NCBI GenBank assembly: GCA_964291405.2
Contig: OZ219926.1
Span: 4,000,001-4,064,000 of the forward strand
DNA from: Thermodesulfobacteriota bacterium
GTDB lineage: Bacteria > Desulfobacterota > Binatia > Bin18
Direction of reading: 5' to 3'
Length of the DNA: 64,000 nucleotides
A model generated the notes under the pieces. That model worked only from the letters and a program-made list of their open reading frames with translations. It was not told the DNA's origin and made no database searches. Both the position numbers and the translations under genes were made by a program. How positions within the stretch are numbered: position 1 is the stretch's first letter; each line of letters opens with the position of its first letter. Positions 8,996 to 17,260 of this stretch are shown here, one piece after another.

Positions 8996-10603
8996 ATGCC
9001 AAGACAACCCACCACCGATATGCAACTTCTACCCCGAGGGCGCTGGAACCGAAAAAAACTCCTTGAGGCGCTGGCAGAGACGTTCTCCATCCACAAAGAG
9101 CCGCTCACAACCGAGCGGCGTGTATACTACGACACGGCTGACTGGCAACTCAGCCTGTACCGTCTGGCCCTATGTGCGAACGCGAAGACGCTTGCCCTCC
9201 GGTCGCATGATGCGGTCTTCCCGCTTGAAGAGCTGCCGTGTCCCAGTCTTCCCACTGCGACGACGGATTTGCCGCACAGCCGTTTGCGAGAGCGCCTGGT
9301 GGCGTTGATTGACGACCTTCCGCTCACCTCGTTCTTCAGCCTGCACACACATATCATCCCGATACGGATACTTGACCATCGCCAGAAGACAACGGTGCGT
9401 CTGATTATTGAAGAGCATGCTCTCGCCAAGAAAAATCAACCGCATTCTCTCCGGCCGCGTATCTGGGTCCATCCGCTCAGAGGCTATCAGAAAGAGGCGC
9501 AACGATTAGTCCTGTGGTGCAAGGAGCAGGACCTCATACCGGCGACCGGGAGTGTCAACCAGGAGGTATTGGCGATAGCCGGCCGCTCTCCGGGTAAATA
9601 TTCGGTCAAACGCCCGCTACCGATACAGCCAGAGGTCCCGGTTGAGCGGGCAGTTCGCCGCCTCTTGGGCCTACTCCTGGCCATGGTGCGCTACAACGAG
9701 TGGGGCCTACGTCAGGGGGATGATCCACTCTATTTGCACGACTTTCGGGTTGCCGTCAGACGGGCGCGCTCTCTGCTCGGACAGACTCGTAAAGTTTTTC
9801 CTCCCAAAGTAACCCAGCGGTTTCGAAAAGATCTGGCGCAGCTTGGCCGGTCAACCGGGAGCGCGCGGGATTTGGATGCTTTTCTCCTGGTGCAGGATGC
9901 GTACCGTCAGCGGCTTCCGGCCGACAGCCGGTCCGCCCTTCAGCCTTTCTCCGCTTTTCTCCAGCAGGAACGGCGGGAACACTACCGAACTTTGGTGAAG
10001 ACCTTTGAAACCAAGCGCTATCGGGCCGTGATCCGAGAGTGGGAGGCGTTTGTGAACCAGCCTGAGGACGACAACTCCCATACTCCAGCCGTCAAAGAAT
10101 TCGTCCTCGAACGGGTGGTCGAGAAATGCCGATCCCTCGCCTCAACGGAGCCCCACAGCCTACAACACGCCGGCAGCGAGCAGCTCCACAGGCTGAGAAT
10201 CGAATGTAAAAAACTCCGCTATCTGCTGGATTTTTTTATTACCGCCTTGTCCGGACTTCCTGTCCGAGACGTGCTCAAGCAGCTCAAGCGTGTCCAGCGG
10301 ACCTTAGGCCGGATACAGGATATCAGCGTCCAGAATGTCCTGATCCAAGAGTTCAGTACGACCGGCGGAGGTTTTGCATTTCACGAAAACGGCACGCACT
10401 CTGCTCTGGGAGTCCTGCTTACTTCGCTGACTTCAGAGCGGCAGGCGTTGCAGCAGCAGGTTGTGAAGGAGTTTCGGGCGTTGATCGCGGTGATTGCTCC
10501 GATGATTCCGCCCTTGAGTGGCCCTGACCGTGTCGAGATTGTCGGGCCGCAGGATCAGCAGGATCAGCAAGAGCGGGCGGAAAGCCTGGCTGAGCCTGAT
10601 TGA
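8996..10603 (+). CDS. CHAD domain protein (polyphosphate-binding) with CYTH-like N-terminus
   Basis: LHDFRVAVRRARS, RDLD, LHRLRIECKKLRY and LGRIQD CHAD motifs. N-terminal 'YYDTADWQL'. Confidence 0.88.
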   Translation: MPRQPTTDMQLLPRGRWNRKKLLEALAETFSIHKEPLTTERRVYYDTADWQLSLYRLALCANAKTLALRSHDAVFPLEELPCPSLPTATTDLPHSRLRERLVALIDDLPLTSFFSLHTHIIPIRILDHRQKTTVRLIIEEHALAKKNQPHSLRPRIWVHPLRGYQKEAQRLVLWCKEQDLIPATGSVNQEVLAIAGRSPGKYSVKRPLPIQPEVPVERAVRRLLGLLLAMVRYNEWGLRQGDDPLYLHDFRVAVRRARSLLGQTRKVFPPKVTQRFRKDLAQLGRSTGSARDLDAFLLVQDAYRQRLPADSRSALQPFSAFLQQERREHYRTLVKTFETKRYRAVIREWEAFVNQPEDDNSHTPAVKEFVLERVVEKCRSLASTEPHSLQHAGSEQLHRLRIECKKLRYLLDFFITALSGLPVRDVLKQLKRVQRTLGRIQDISVQNVLIQEFSTTGGGFAFHENGTHSALGVLLTSLTSERQALQQQVVKEFRALIAVIAPMIPPLSGPDRVEIVGPQDQQDQQERAESLAEPD

Positions 10604-11339
10604 GCAACGTTTCCACTGCTGTCCACAACTGTTCATACGCCTGGGATGCCCGAGAGTGCGGAAGCGAGACGAGGACCGGTTCCCGGTGGATGCCCATGTT
10701 TTCGACATCGACGAGATATGGGATAGCCTGTGGAAGGGCTTCCGGGTGAGAAGCGGTCAGCTCCTGCATGACGGACCGATGCAGCTTTTTTTGCCGTTCC
10801 ACCATGGAGAAAAACGTGCGGAGTTTATCGGGGTTGTAGCCGTGTTTGGTGTAAAACGTCCGGAGCTGCTGATACGCATGGACCGACAGCGGTGAGGGGA
10901 CAATGGGAATCAGGATGTAATCGGCGGCATAGAAAACGTTTTGCGCAATCAGGCTTACCCCGGACGGACAGTCGAGGATCACATACTGGTATTCGTCCCG
11001 GAGCGCAGCCAAGCTGCGGTGCAGGTAGCGCGCCGGATGTTTGGCTTGCTGAAACACCGCTGTCAGGTGGCGGTGAGACAATGCGCCGGGGAGCAGGTCC
11101 AGGCGCGTAAAATCGGTCGCCTTGATGCTTTTTTCAAGCTGCTTCCCGCCAGGCGCAAAAACCTTCTTCTTGGCTTTGAGCTTAGGTCGGATACGAAAGT
11201 AATAGGTGGCCGAAGCCTGAGGATCGAGGTCGCAGAGCAAGGTCCGGGCTCCGGACTGTGCGGCCAGATAGGAAAGGTTGACCGCCGCGGCCGTTTTTCC
11301 CACTCCTCCTTTCATATGGTAGAGCGCCAACACCTGCAT
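10419..11339 (-). CDS. ParA/Soj family ATPase
   Basis: Deviant Walker A KGGVGKT, DLDPQAS and ILDCP. The C-terminal tail overlaps the CHAD 3' end by 185 nt. Confidence 0.9.
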   Translation of the reverse strand: MQVLALYHMKGGVGKTAAAVNLSYLAAQSGARTLLCDLDPQASATYYFRIRPKLKAKKKVFAPGGKQLEKSIKATDFTRLDLLPGALSHRHLTAVFQQAKHPARYLHRSLAALRDEYQYVILDCPSGVSLIAQNVFYAADYILIPIVPSPLSVHAYQQLRTFYTKHGYNPDKLRTFFSMVERQKKLHRSVMQELTASHPEALPQAIPYLVDVENMGIHREPVLVSLPHSRASQAYEQLWTAVETLLNQAQPGFPPALADPADPAARQSRHGQGHSRAESSEQSPRSTPETPSQPAAATPAALKSAK

Positions 11340-11452
11340 TTCACTCAAACCCCGGCCGAATCCTTTCCCTGCGGTACATAAAGCGGGCAATAGTGACAAT
11401 GGTAGTGATGAAGCATAGGGTGTCTACATTATCACGCGAAGGAGGGAAGCCA

Positions 11453-12349
11453 ATGGCAGGCATGAGTATTGACAAACTGAAGCAGATTTTACGTGAAAAA
11501 CAGCTTCCAGCGGATGTTGAGCCGCCGATTGAGGCCATGCGCAAAAGCATGGAAAAGCTGGCCTTCCAGGCCGCGGACGATATTGAGACAGAGGCGGTGA
11601 GCGTGGCGGACCGCGCCGCAGAATGGGTCCGAGCGCCGGGCAGTCAGGCCGAGCGGGCCATCCTCTATCTGCACGGTGGGGGATATGTCGTCGGCTCGAT
11701 CAATACGCACCGGTCGCTGGCCGGAGAAATCTCCCGCTGTGCCCAAGCCGCGGTTTTGCTCGTAGATTATCGTATGGCACCGGAAGACCCCTTTCCGGCT
11801 GCGGTCGACGACGGTGTCGCGTCTCTCAGATGGCTGATTGAGCAAGGGTTCTCGCCAAATAATCTCGCTATTAGCGGGGACTCAGCCGGGGGTGGCTTGA
11901 CCCTGGCGACCTTGGTTGCGGCGCGTGACAATGGCGTCCCCATGCCCGCAGCCGCGGTGGCGATCAGCCCGTGGTCGGATATGACCTGCTCGAACGAGTC
12001 GTACCAGACCAGAGCGGCGGCCGACCCCATGGTGACCGTCCACGGTCTCAAACGCATGGCAGGACTCTATGTTGGAGGTGGCGACCCCACGCATCCGTAT
12101 GCCTCGCCCAATCTGGCTGATCTCAGTGGCTTACCACCGGTGTTGATCCATGTCGGTCGGGATGAAATTCTGCTGGATGACGCCATTATATTCGACGAAA
12201 AGGCAAAATCGGCGGGCGTCGAGTGTAGCCTCGAAATCTGGGACAATATGATCCATGTCTGGCATGCCTTCCATCCCATGCTGGATGAGGGCAAAAGGGG
12301 CATCGAACGGGTAGGGGAGTTCCTGCGCGAAAAATGGGCCGCGGCCTAG
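11453..12349 (+). CDS. HSL-family alpha/beta hydrolase (esterase)
   Basis: HGGGY, GDSAGG nucleophile, E..LDD and HVW. SD GGAGG precedes the ATG at 11453. Confidence 0.92.
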   Translation: MAGMSIDKLKQILREKQLPADVEPPIEAMRKSMEKLAFQAADDIETEAVSVADRAAEWVRAPGSQAERAILYLHGGGYVVGSINTHRSLAGEISRCAQAAVLLVDYRMAPEDPFPAAVDDGVASLRWLIEQGFSPNNLAISGDSAGGGLTLATLVAARDNGVPMPAAAVAISPWSDMTCSNESYQTRAAADPMVTVHGLKRMAGLYVGGGDPTHPYASPNLADLSGLPPVLIHVGRDEILLDDAIIFDEKAKSAGVECSLEIWDNMIHVWHAFHPMLDEGKRGIERVGEFLREKWAAA

Positions 12350-12360
12350 GAAAGTCGGAA

Positions 12361-12388
12361 TGAGGGGTGGACCTTGCGTCTACCCTCA
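12361..12388. terminator. Hairpin between convergent genes
   Basis: TGAGGGGTGGAC-CTTGC-GTCTACCCTCA imperfect stem with no U-tract. Confidence 0.35.
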
Positions 12389-12847
12389 CTCCTCCCAATA
12401 CTCTGCGTCCAAAACCTGTTCGACGGTAAACGGACACTGCGCTGGAAACGCCTCCTCGCTGAGCCCGGTCTCATCGACAGCATCCGCCCGGGCCGCGGGA
12501 TAGGCGTTCGCCAACATCTGGGCCGGTTGGCTCGTCAGGCTCGGACTGTCCTGCAGAAGGGCCTGAATCTCAAGGCATCCGTTTCGAATAGATTTGCGCC
12601 AGGAGGGCGTGCGCTTGTCTGACTGATAGCGCCACTTGAGCAAATGCAGAGTCACATTTCTGATGTGGCTTTCCAGGGCCCGACGCTCGCGTTTCCCCAT
12701 GTCTTCCAACTCCTCCGCAACATGTACCGCGTCAATCTCAGCCAACCGTCCTTGTCGAAGGAGGTCCGCAGTCTGAAAAAGCCAGGCGTGGAAATCTTTG
12801 TCGTACAAGCTGAGATCGGGCAACGGAGTGGATGCTGACGTACTCAT
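12386..12847 (-). CDS. DUF29 domain protein
   Basis: LYDKDFHAW, EELEDMGKRE, HLLKW, SW..SI, DSPSL and FP..CPF motifs. The likely start is the ATG at 12847. Confidence 0.9.
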   Translation of the reverse strand: MSTSASTPLPDLSLYDKDFHAWLFQTADLLRQGRLAEIDAVHVAEELEDMGKRERRALESHIRNVTLHLLKWRYQSDKRTPSWRKSIRNGCLEIQALLQDSPSLTSQPAQMLANAYPAARADAVDETGLSEEAFPAQCPFTVEQVLDAEYWEE

Positions 12848-12964
12848 GGGGTCGCTCCTCACTATAAGAAACCCCGCTGAATATACGCCTCTTTTCTCTC
12901 TTTGACCACTGTTTACCGGGCGAACGCCTTCCCCGCCTCCCAGGCTTCTGGTAGGCTCACACAC

Positions 12965-13537
12965 ATGAGCGTGGCCCGTCAGCGAGCGACCTACGAAGAC
13001 CTGCTCCAGGTCCCTGAGCGTTTTATTGCGGAGATCATTGACGGCGAATTGACAACCGCGCCCAGACCGTCTTTCCCCCACGCGCGTGCGGTATCTATTA
13101 TCTCCCGCCAGCTTGATTCCTTTGACCGGAGGACTGGTGGTTCGGACGGTCCCGGAGGATGGTGGATTCTCTTCGAGCCGGAATTGCACCTTGGCGCGGA
13201 CATTCTCGTGCCAGATATCGCCGGGTGGCGCAGAGAGCGTATGCCCGTATTGGAGGACGTACCGTATAGCGAACTGGCTCCCGACTGGGTGTGTGAGGTG
13301 GTGTCGCCCAGCACGGGCCGCAGCGACCGTGTACTCAAAATGCCGATCTATGCCCGAGAGCAGGTGGGCCATTTATGGCTGGTTGACCCTGGGCTGCGGA
13401 CCTTGGAGGTGTACGGCTTGGAAGCGCACCGCTGGGTTGTGCTGAGGACCCACGGCGGGAATGAAACGATCCGGGCCGAACCCTTTGCGGCCATTGAGAT
13501 TGACTTGGATCGCTGGTGGCTGGAGTCAGAAGGATAA
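12965..13537 (+). CDS. Uma2 family putative endonuclease
   Basis: ATYEDL, EIIDGEL, VPDIAGW, PDWVCEVVSPST, K...YA and WLVDP. Confidence 0.92.
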   Translation: MSVARQRATYEDLLQVPERFIAEIIDGELTTAPRPSFPHARAVSIISRQLDSFDRRTGGSDGPGGWWILFEPELHLGADILVPDIAGWRRERMPVLEDVPYSELAPDWVCEVVSPSTGRSDRVLKMPIYAREQVGHLWLVDPGLRTLEVYGLEAHRWVVLRTHGGNETIRAEPFAAIEIDLDRWWLESEG

Positions 13538-13545
13538 GGAAACGC

Positions 13546-14151
13546 ATGAACGACGAACAGATTGCCCAATTCAACGCAAAACAACGCCAGGCGTTTGATA
13601 ATGTGTACGACCGGTTTCTGGTCGAATTACCCCAGGATGTCTGCGCCCGCATGGAACGCATCGTTGCCGCGCCCGATATCCAGGCGGGAGAAAATGTGCT
13701 GGATGTCGGGACAGGGACGGGGGCACTCATGCCCGACATTCGGAAGTATCGGCCCGGCCACATCTACGCCTGCGACCTGTCCGGCAAGATGCTGGAACAG
13801 GTCGCCCAGCGTTACCCCGAAGTCGAACGCCACCAATATGACATCCGGGACCTGGACCTGCCCGACGCCTGTGTCGATGTGGTCTTCATGAACGGCATGT
13901 ATGGCAATATCGCGGACAAGCCTGGAGCGCTACGCAATATTATGCGTATGCTGCGACCAGGAGGGCGGGTCGTGATCAGTCACCCGGAGGGCCGGGAGTT
14001 TGTTGAAGGGCTCGTCCGCTCGGAGCCGTTTCCGATTACGGCGCTACCCTCACAGGACGAAGCGCATACGTTCCTCGGATCGTATGGATTGACGGTGACG
14101 CAATATACGGACGAGGAAAAATTGTTGATCGTTGTTGCGGTCAAGCGATAG
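13546..14151 (+). CDS. Class I SAM-dependent methyltransferase
   Basis: VLDVGTGTG, DLS..ML and LRPGG. Confidence 0.88.
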   Translation: MNDEQIAQFNAKQRQAFDNVYDRFLVELPQDVCARMERIVAAPDIQAGENVLDVGTGTGALMPDIRKYRPGHIYACDLSGKMLEQVAQRYPEVERHQYDIRDLDLPDACVDVVFMNGMYGNIADKPGALRNIMRMLRPGGRVVISHPEGREFVEGLVRSEPFPITALPSQDEAHTFLGSYGLTVTQYTDEEKLLIVVAVKR

Positions 14152-14154
14152 TAG

Positions 14155-14187
14155 GTGGGTCGGATTACACAGCGTAATCCGACCCAC
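14155..14187. repeat. REP-like palindrome (perfect 14-bp inverted repeat, preceded by GTAG)
   Basis: GTGGGTCGGATTAC-acagc-GTAATCCGACCCAC. Confidence 0.8.
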
Positions 14188-14206
14188 GGGGCTGAGGGAG
14201 CACCAA

Positions 14207-14419
14207 ATGAGCACCGAATACACCATCGTGATCGAGAAGGACGAAGACGGCTATTACGTGGGGAGTGTTCCCGCCCTTCCGGGCTGTCATACCCAAGGCA
14301 CGTCCATTGACCAGTTGCTCGAACGGATGCAGGAGGCTATCGCCCTCTGGCTTGAGGTTGAGGGTGAAGACGAGTCGAGGCCGCTGGAATTGGTCGGTGT
14401 CCAAAGAATCTCTGTATGA
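14207..14419 (+). CDS. hicB: HicB family antitoxin
   Basis: YTIVIEKDEDGYYVGSVPALPGCHTQGTSIDQLLERMQEAI. Confidence 0.9.
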   Translation: MSTEYTIVIEKDEDGYYVGSVPALPGCHTQGTSIDQLLERMQEAIALWLEVEGEDESRPLELVGVQRISV

Positions 14420-14448
14420 CCAGACTCCCGCACTATGTCGGTAAATAA
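14416..14448 (+). pseudogene. hicA: Truncated HicA toxin stub
   Basis: ATGA overlap with the hicB stop. Reads MTRLPHYVGK*, like the HicA N-terminus M.RLP...GK. Confidence 0.55.
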
Positions 14449-14683
14449 TCGCGCTATGTCAAAGATTCAAAAGAGTCCTCAAGGCCGTCGCTGGCATTTC
14501 AGGGCTTGTGCCGCGTCCGATTGTGACGAACGCATCTACCGATTCATGAAGGAACGCTGGGGGAAAAAGTACCACTCTGACGAATGTCAGCAAATGAACG
14601 CGAAACTGCAACGGGAACAACGGAAGCGGGAGAAGTGGGAAAAACAGTCAGAGTTGGAGAAAGCAAAGAAGACTCTGCACTGA
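14435..14683 (+). CDS. Small basic hypothetical protein with possible Cx4C...Hx3C zinc finger and coiled tail
   Basis: RACAASDC...KYHSDEC followed by a K/R/E-rich helix. Confidence 0.5.
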   Translation: MSVNNRAMSKIQKSPQGRRWHFRACAASDCDERIYRFMKERWGKKYHSDECQQMNAKLQREQRKREKWEKQSELEKAKKTLH

Positions 14684-14728
14684 TGAGGCGTCCCGACAGT
14701 AGATGGTACGGAGCGTCAGCAAGAAATG

Positions 14729-14757
14729 CAGGCTTACGCTACGCTAAGCTGACCTAC
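14729..14757 (-). repeat. GTAG-type REP-like palindrome
   Basis: Minus strand GTAGGTCAGCTTAGCGTAGCGTAAGCCTG, the same family as 14155 and 18274. Confidence 0.6.
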
Positions 14758-14800
14758 AGAGCTGCTTGCCCATCACCAGGAACGGTCCTATAGTCGCGCC

Positions 14801-14965
14801 ATGAGCATGAAGGCGCGTGCGGCTGCTCAGGCCATGTCAGAAGAAAGTCTGGCGACCAAGGCCGACATTGCGCGCCTTGAACGGGAATTGTCGGTCGTGA
14901 CATGGATGACCGGCGCGATTGTTGCAGGCGTCGTTTCCCTCGTGCTTAAGGCATTCGCCGGTTAA
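14801..14965 (+). CDS. Short DUF1640/CCDC90-like membrane-anchored protein or remnant (54 aa, not in the ORF track)
   Basis: MSMKARAAAQAMSEESLATKADIARLERELSVVTWMTGAIVAGVVSLVLKAFAG*, with a LATKAD motif and C-terminal TM helix. Confidence 0.6.
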   Translation: MSMKARAAAQAMSEESLATKADIARLERELSVVTWMTGAIVAGVVSLVLKAFAG

Positions 14966-15010
14966 AGCGCGCCATTGAGTGCATAAGCTCTAGTCGTGCA
15001 GGAGGTTCCC

Positions 15011-15038
15011 GTCATGCCGGGCATGATCCGGCATCCAG
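15011..15038. repeat. GTCAT-type palindromic element
   Basis: gtcATGCCGG-gcatgat-CCGGCATccag. Confidence 0.55.
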
Positions 15039-15165
15039 AGGGCGGTGGGGCAGGAATACGACACCACTTGCGCTTTACTTTCGCTTTATATTCGCCTATG
15101 AATTGATACCAAACTGAGGCAACCAAGTAGCACGCGCTGTGCGCATAACGTAACATGGTGTCACC

Positions 15166-15927
15166 ATGAGCTATCAATCTTCAATCGAGTGGACAGACGC
15201 CACCTGGAACCCGGTGACAGGCTGCACCAAGATCACACGGGGCTGTGACCACTGTTACGCCGAGCGCTTCTCCGAGCGCTTTCGCGGCGTTCCCGGACAC
15301 CCTTTTGAACACGGGTTCGATTTAACGCTACGGCCTGAGCGCCTGAGCCAACCACTGACGTGGAAACGACCTCGTATGATCTTTGTAAATTCCATGAGTG
15401 ACCTGTTCCACAAGCGGGTTCCCACAACGTTTATCGACCAAGTGTTCGACATAATGGAAGCGGCAGATCGGCATATTTTCCAGATTTTAACGAAGCGTAG
15501 TACGCTTATGAAAAGATATGTCCAGCGCCGCTATCAATCGCGTCCTACCCCACGGCATATTTGGTGTGGAGTGTCTGTTGAAGACCACACGGCAACTGCC
15601 AGGGTCCGGCATCTTCAGCAGGCTCCCGTCTCCACGCGCTTTCTTTCCATCGAGCCATTACTCGGCCCCATAGGAGACCTAGACCTTCAGGGGATCGCCT
15701 GGGTCATCGTCGGCGGAGAAAGCGGTCCGAAGGCCCGGCCCATGCAGCCCGAGTGGGTCATCGGGGTACGGGACCGCTGCGAGCAGGAGGGCGTACTATT
15801 CTTTTTCAAGCAATGGGGAGGTCCGACGCCGAAAGCACGGGGACGTGAGTTAGAGGGAATCGAGTACAACGGGGTGCCCAGGTATTTGGAGGCGGGGGAA
15901 GATGGCAGACTTCAAATGGCATCCTGA
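15166..15927 (+). CDS. DUF5131 / phage Gp37-Gp68 family protein (three-Cys, radical-SAM-like)
   Basis: SSIEWTDATWNPVTGCTKITRGCDHCYA, FVNSMSDLFH, FQILTKR, SIEPLL, WVIVGGESG and FFFKQWGG. Confidence 0.95.
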   Translation: MSYQSSIEWTDATWNPVTGCTKITRGCDHCYAERFSERFRGVPGHPFEHGFDLTLRPERLSQPLTWKRPRMIFVNSMSDLFHKRVPTTFIDQVFDIMEAADRHIFQILTKRSTLMKRYVQRRYQSRPTPRHIWCGVSVEDHTATARVRHLQQAPVSTRFLSIEPLLGPIGDLDLQGIAWVIVGGESGPKARPMQPEWVIGVRDRCEQEGVLFFFKQWGGPTPKARGRELEGIEYNGVPRYLEAGEDGRLQMAS

Positions 15928-17155
15928 TGAACCCCCGCCTTCGATAGAAGAACACAGCAAGGCGAAACTTGATGTCTTACGCAGTTATCTTCGTGCTTAT
16001 TTCGACAGGCTGAGCATCAACCCTTCTCGCGATCAATTCAAGCTCGATCTTATTGATGGCTTCGCAGGCGGAGGGACGTTTCTGGATGGCGACGAGATCG
16101 TGTCCGGCACGCCTTTAATCATGCTTGAGGAATCTGAAGCCGCGATAGAGAGGCTGAGCCAGGATCGTACCAAAACCCTTCATTTCGACTTCAAATATTA
16201 TTTTGTTGATGTAGAAGCTGCTCACACAAACCACCTCCAAAAAGTCTTGGACGAACGCGGCTATCAGGTGGATAACGAAAAGATCGTTGTCCGTAACAGT
16301 CCGTTTGAAGATGTGGTGGACGGGATTATCACCGAAATTCGCCGTCGCCAACCAAGAGCTGGCCGCTCACTTTTTCTGCTGGACCAGTGCGGCTTTTCAC
16401 AGGTGGAAATCAGCCTCATCGCTCGGATTTTCAGTGAGCTACCTGCTGCGGAGATTATTCTGACGTTTGCGGCAGACGCCCTCACCAACTTTCTTGCGGA
16501 GACGCCGGAATTTGTCCGAATGGTCACTCCACTCGAACTGACAGAACAACGAATATCCGACTTGATCCAACTCCGTAATGGTGATGGCGGAAGAGCACTC
16601 GTTCAAAGAGTACTCCGGGGACACATTCGTAACGCAACGAAAGCGACCTATGATACGCCGTTCTTTATTCGGCCCAGACAGTCGCGGCGCGCCCTGTGGT
16701 TTCTTCATCTTTCGAGACACCCCACAGCACGTGATGTGATGATCCAATGTCACTGGAACAATTACAATAAATTCGAGCACTATGGTCCCGGTGGCTTCGA
16801 CATGCTGGGATGGGACGCTTTGAACTCAGAAACACTTCCACTGTTCCATTTTGAAGAACTGGACGCCGAGGCTATGCGCAGGCAACTGCTCAACTCAATG
16901 CCCGACGAGCTTTTCAGTTTGGCGTCTGAAGAGCCTGTCACCATAGATACGATGCGGCATATGTTTGCGAATAGAACCGCCGCTCGCTTCTCAGACCTTG
17001 ATTCCGTCGTCCTCGAACTTTTTCGAGAAAGGGAAATTGATATTCTCCGTCCAGATGGCACGGTACGCTCGCGGATGCTGAGACGGGTCAGTCCCACAGA
17101 CCGGATTGCATTTCCCCAACAGCTATTACTGCCGGGAACTTCACGCCGACGCTAA
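15902..17155 (+). CDS. tcmP: Three-Cys-motif partner protein TcmP (SAM-MTase-like)
   Basis: HSKAK..L..YL, IDGFAGGG and FLLDQCG. Overlaps the DUF5131 gene by 26 nt, the canonical pairing. Confidence 0.88.
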   Translation: MADFKWHPDEPPPSIEEHSKAKLDVLRSYLRAYFDRLSINPSRDQFKLDLIDGFAGGGTFLDGDEIVSGTPLIMLEESEAAIERLSQDRTKTLHFDFKYYFVDVEAAHTNHLQKVLDERGYQVDNEKIVVRNSPFEDVVDGIITEIRRRQPRAGRSLFLLDQCGFSQVEISLIARIFSELPAAEIILTFAADALTNFLAETPEFVRMVTPLELTEQRISDLIQLRNGDGGRALVQRVLRGHIRNATKATYDTPFFIRPRQSRRALWFLHLSRHPTARDVMIQCHWNNYNKFEHYGPGGFDMLGWDALNSETLPLFHFEELDAEAMRRQLLNSMPDELFSLASEEPVTIDTMRHMFANRTAARFSDLDSVVLELFREREIDILRPDGTVRSRMLRRVSPTDRIAFPQQLLLPGTSRRR

Positions 17156-17185
17156 CTTTGTTCACGCAGAGGAGAAGAAGAAATG

Positions 17186-17217
17186 GTAGGGCCAAGGATA
17201 CGCAACGTATCGGCTAC
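17186..17217. repeat. Degenerate GTAG...CTAC hairpin
   Basis: GTAGgGCCaagGATACG-caa-CGTATCGGCTAC. Confidence 0.4.
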
Positions 17218-17260
17218 AGTAACAGGCGGACCAGCAATGATCTCGGTCCGAGCCACGTAG

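Noticed and set aside
12848-13372. Long N-terminal extension of DUF29 (328-aa ORF)
   Set aside because: It is the antisense shadow of Uma2. DUF29 similarity starts at the ATG at 12847.
14676-14731. Hammerhead-like CTGATGA...GAAA
   Set aside because: Stem II is not closed next to GAAA, and no stem III or cleavage triplet can be built.
7047-17155. Prophage suggested by the PolA and the 'phage Gp37/Gp68' gene
   Set aside because: There are no integrase, terminase, capsid, tail or lysis genes, and the intervening genes are cellular.
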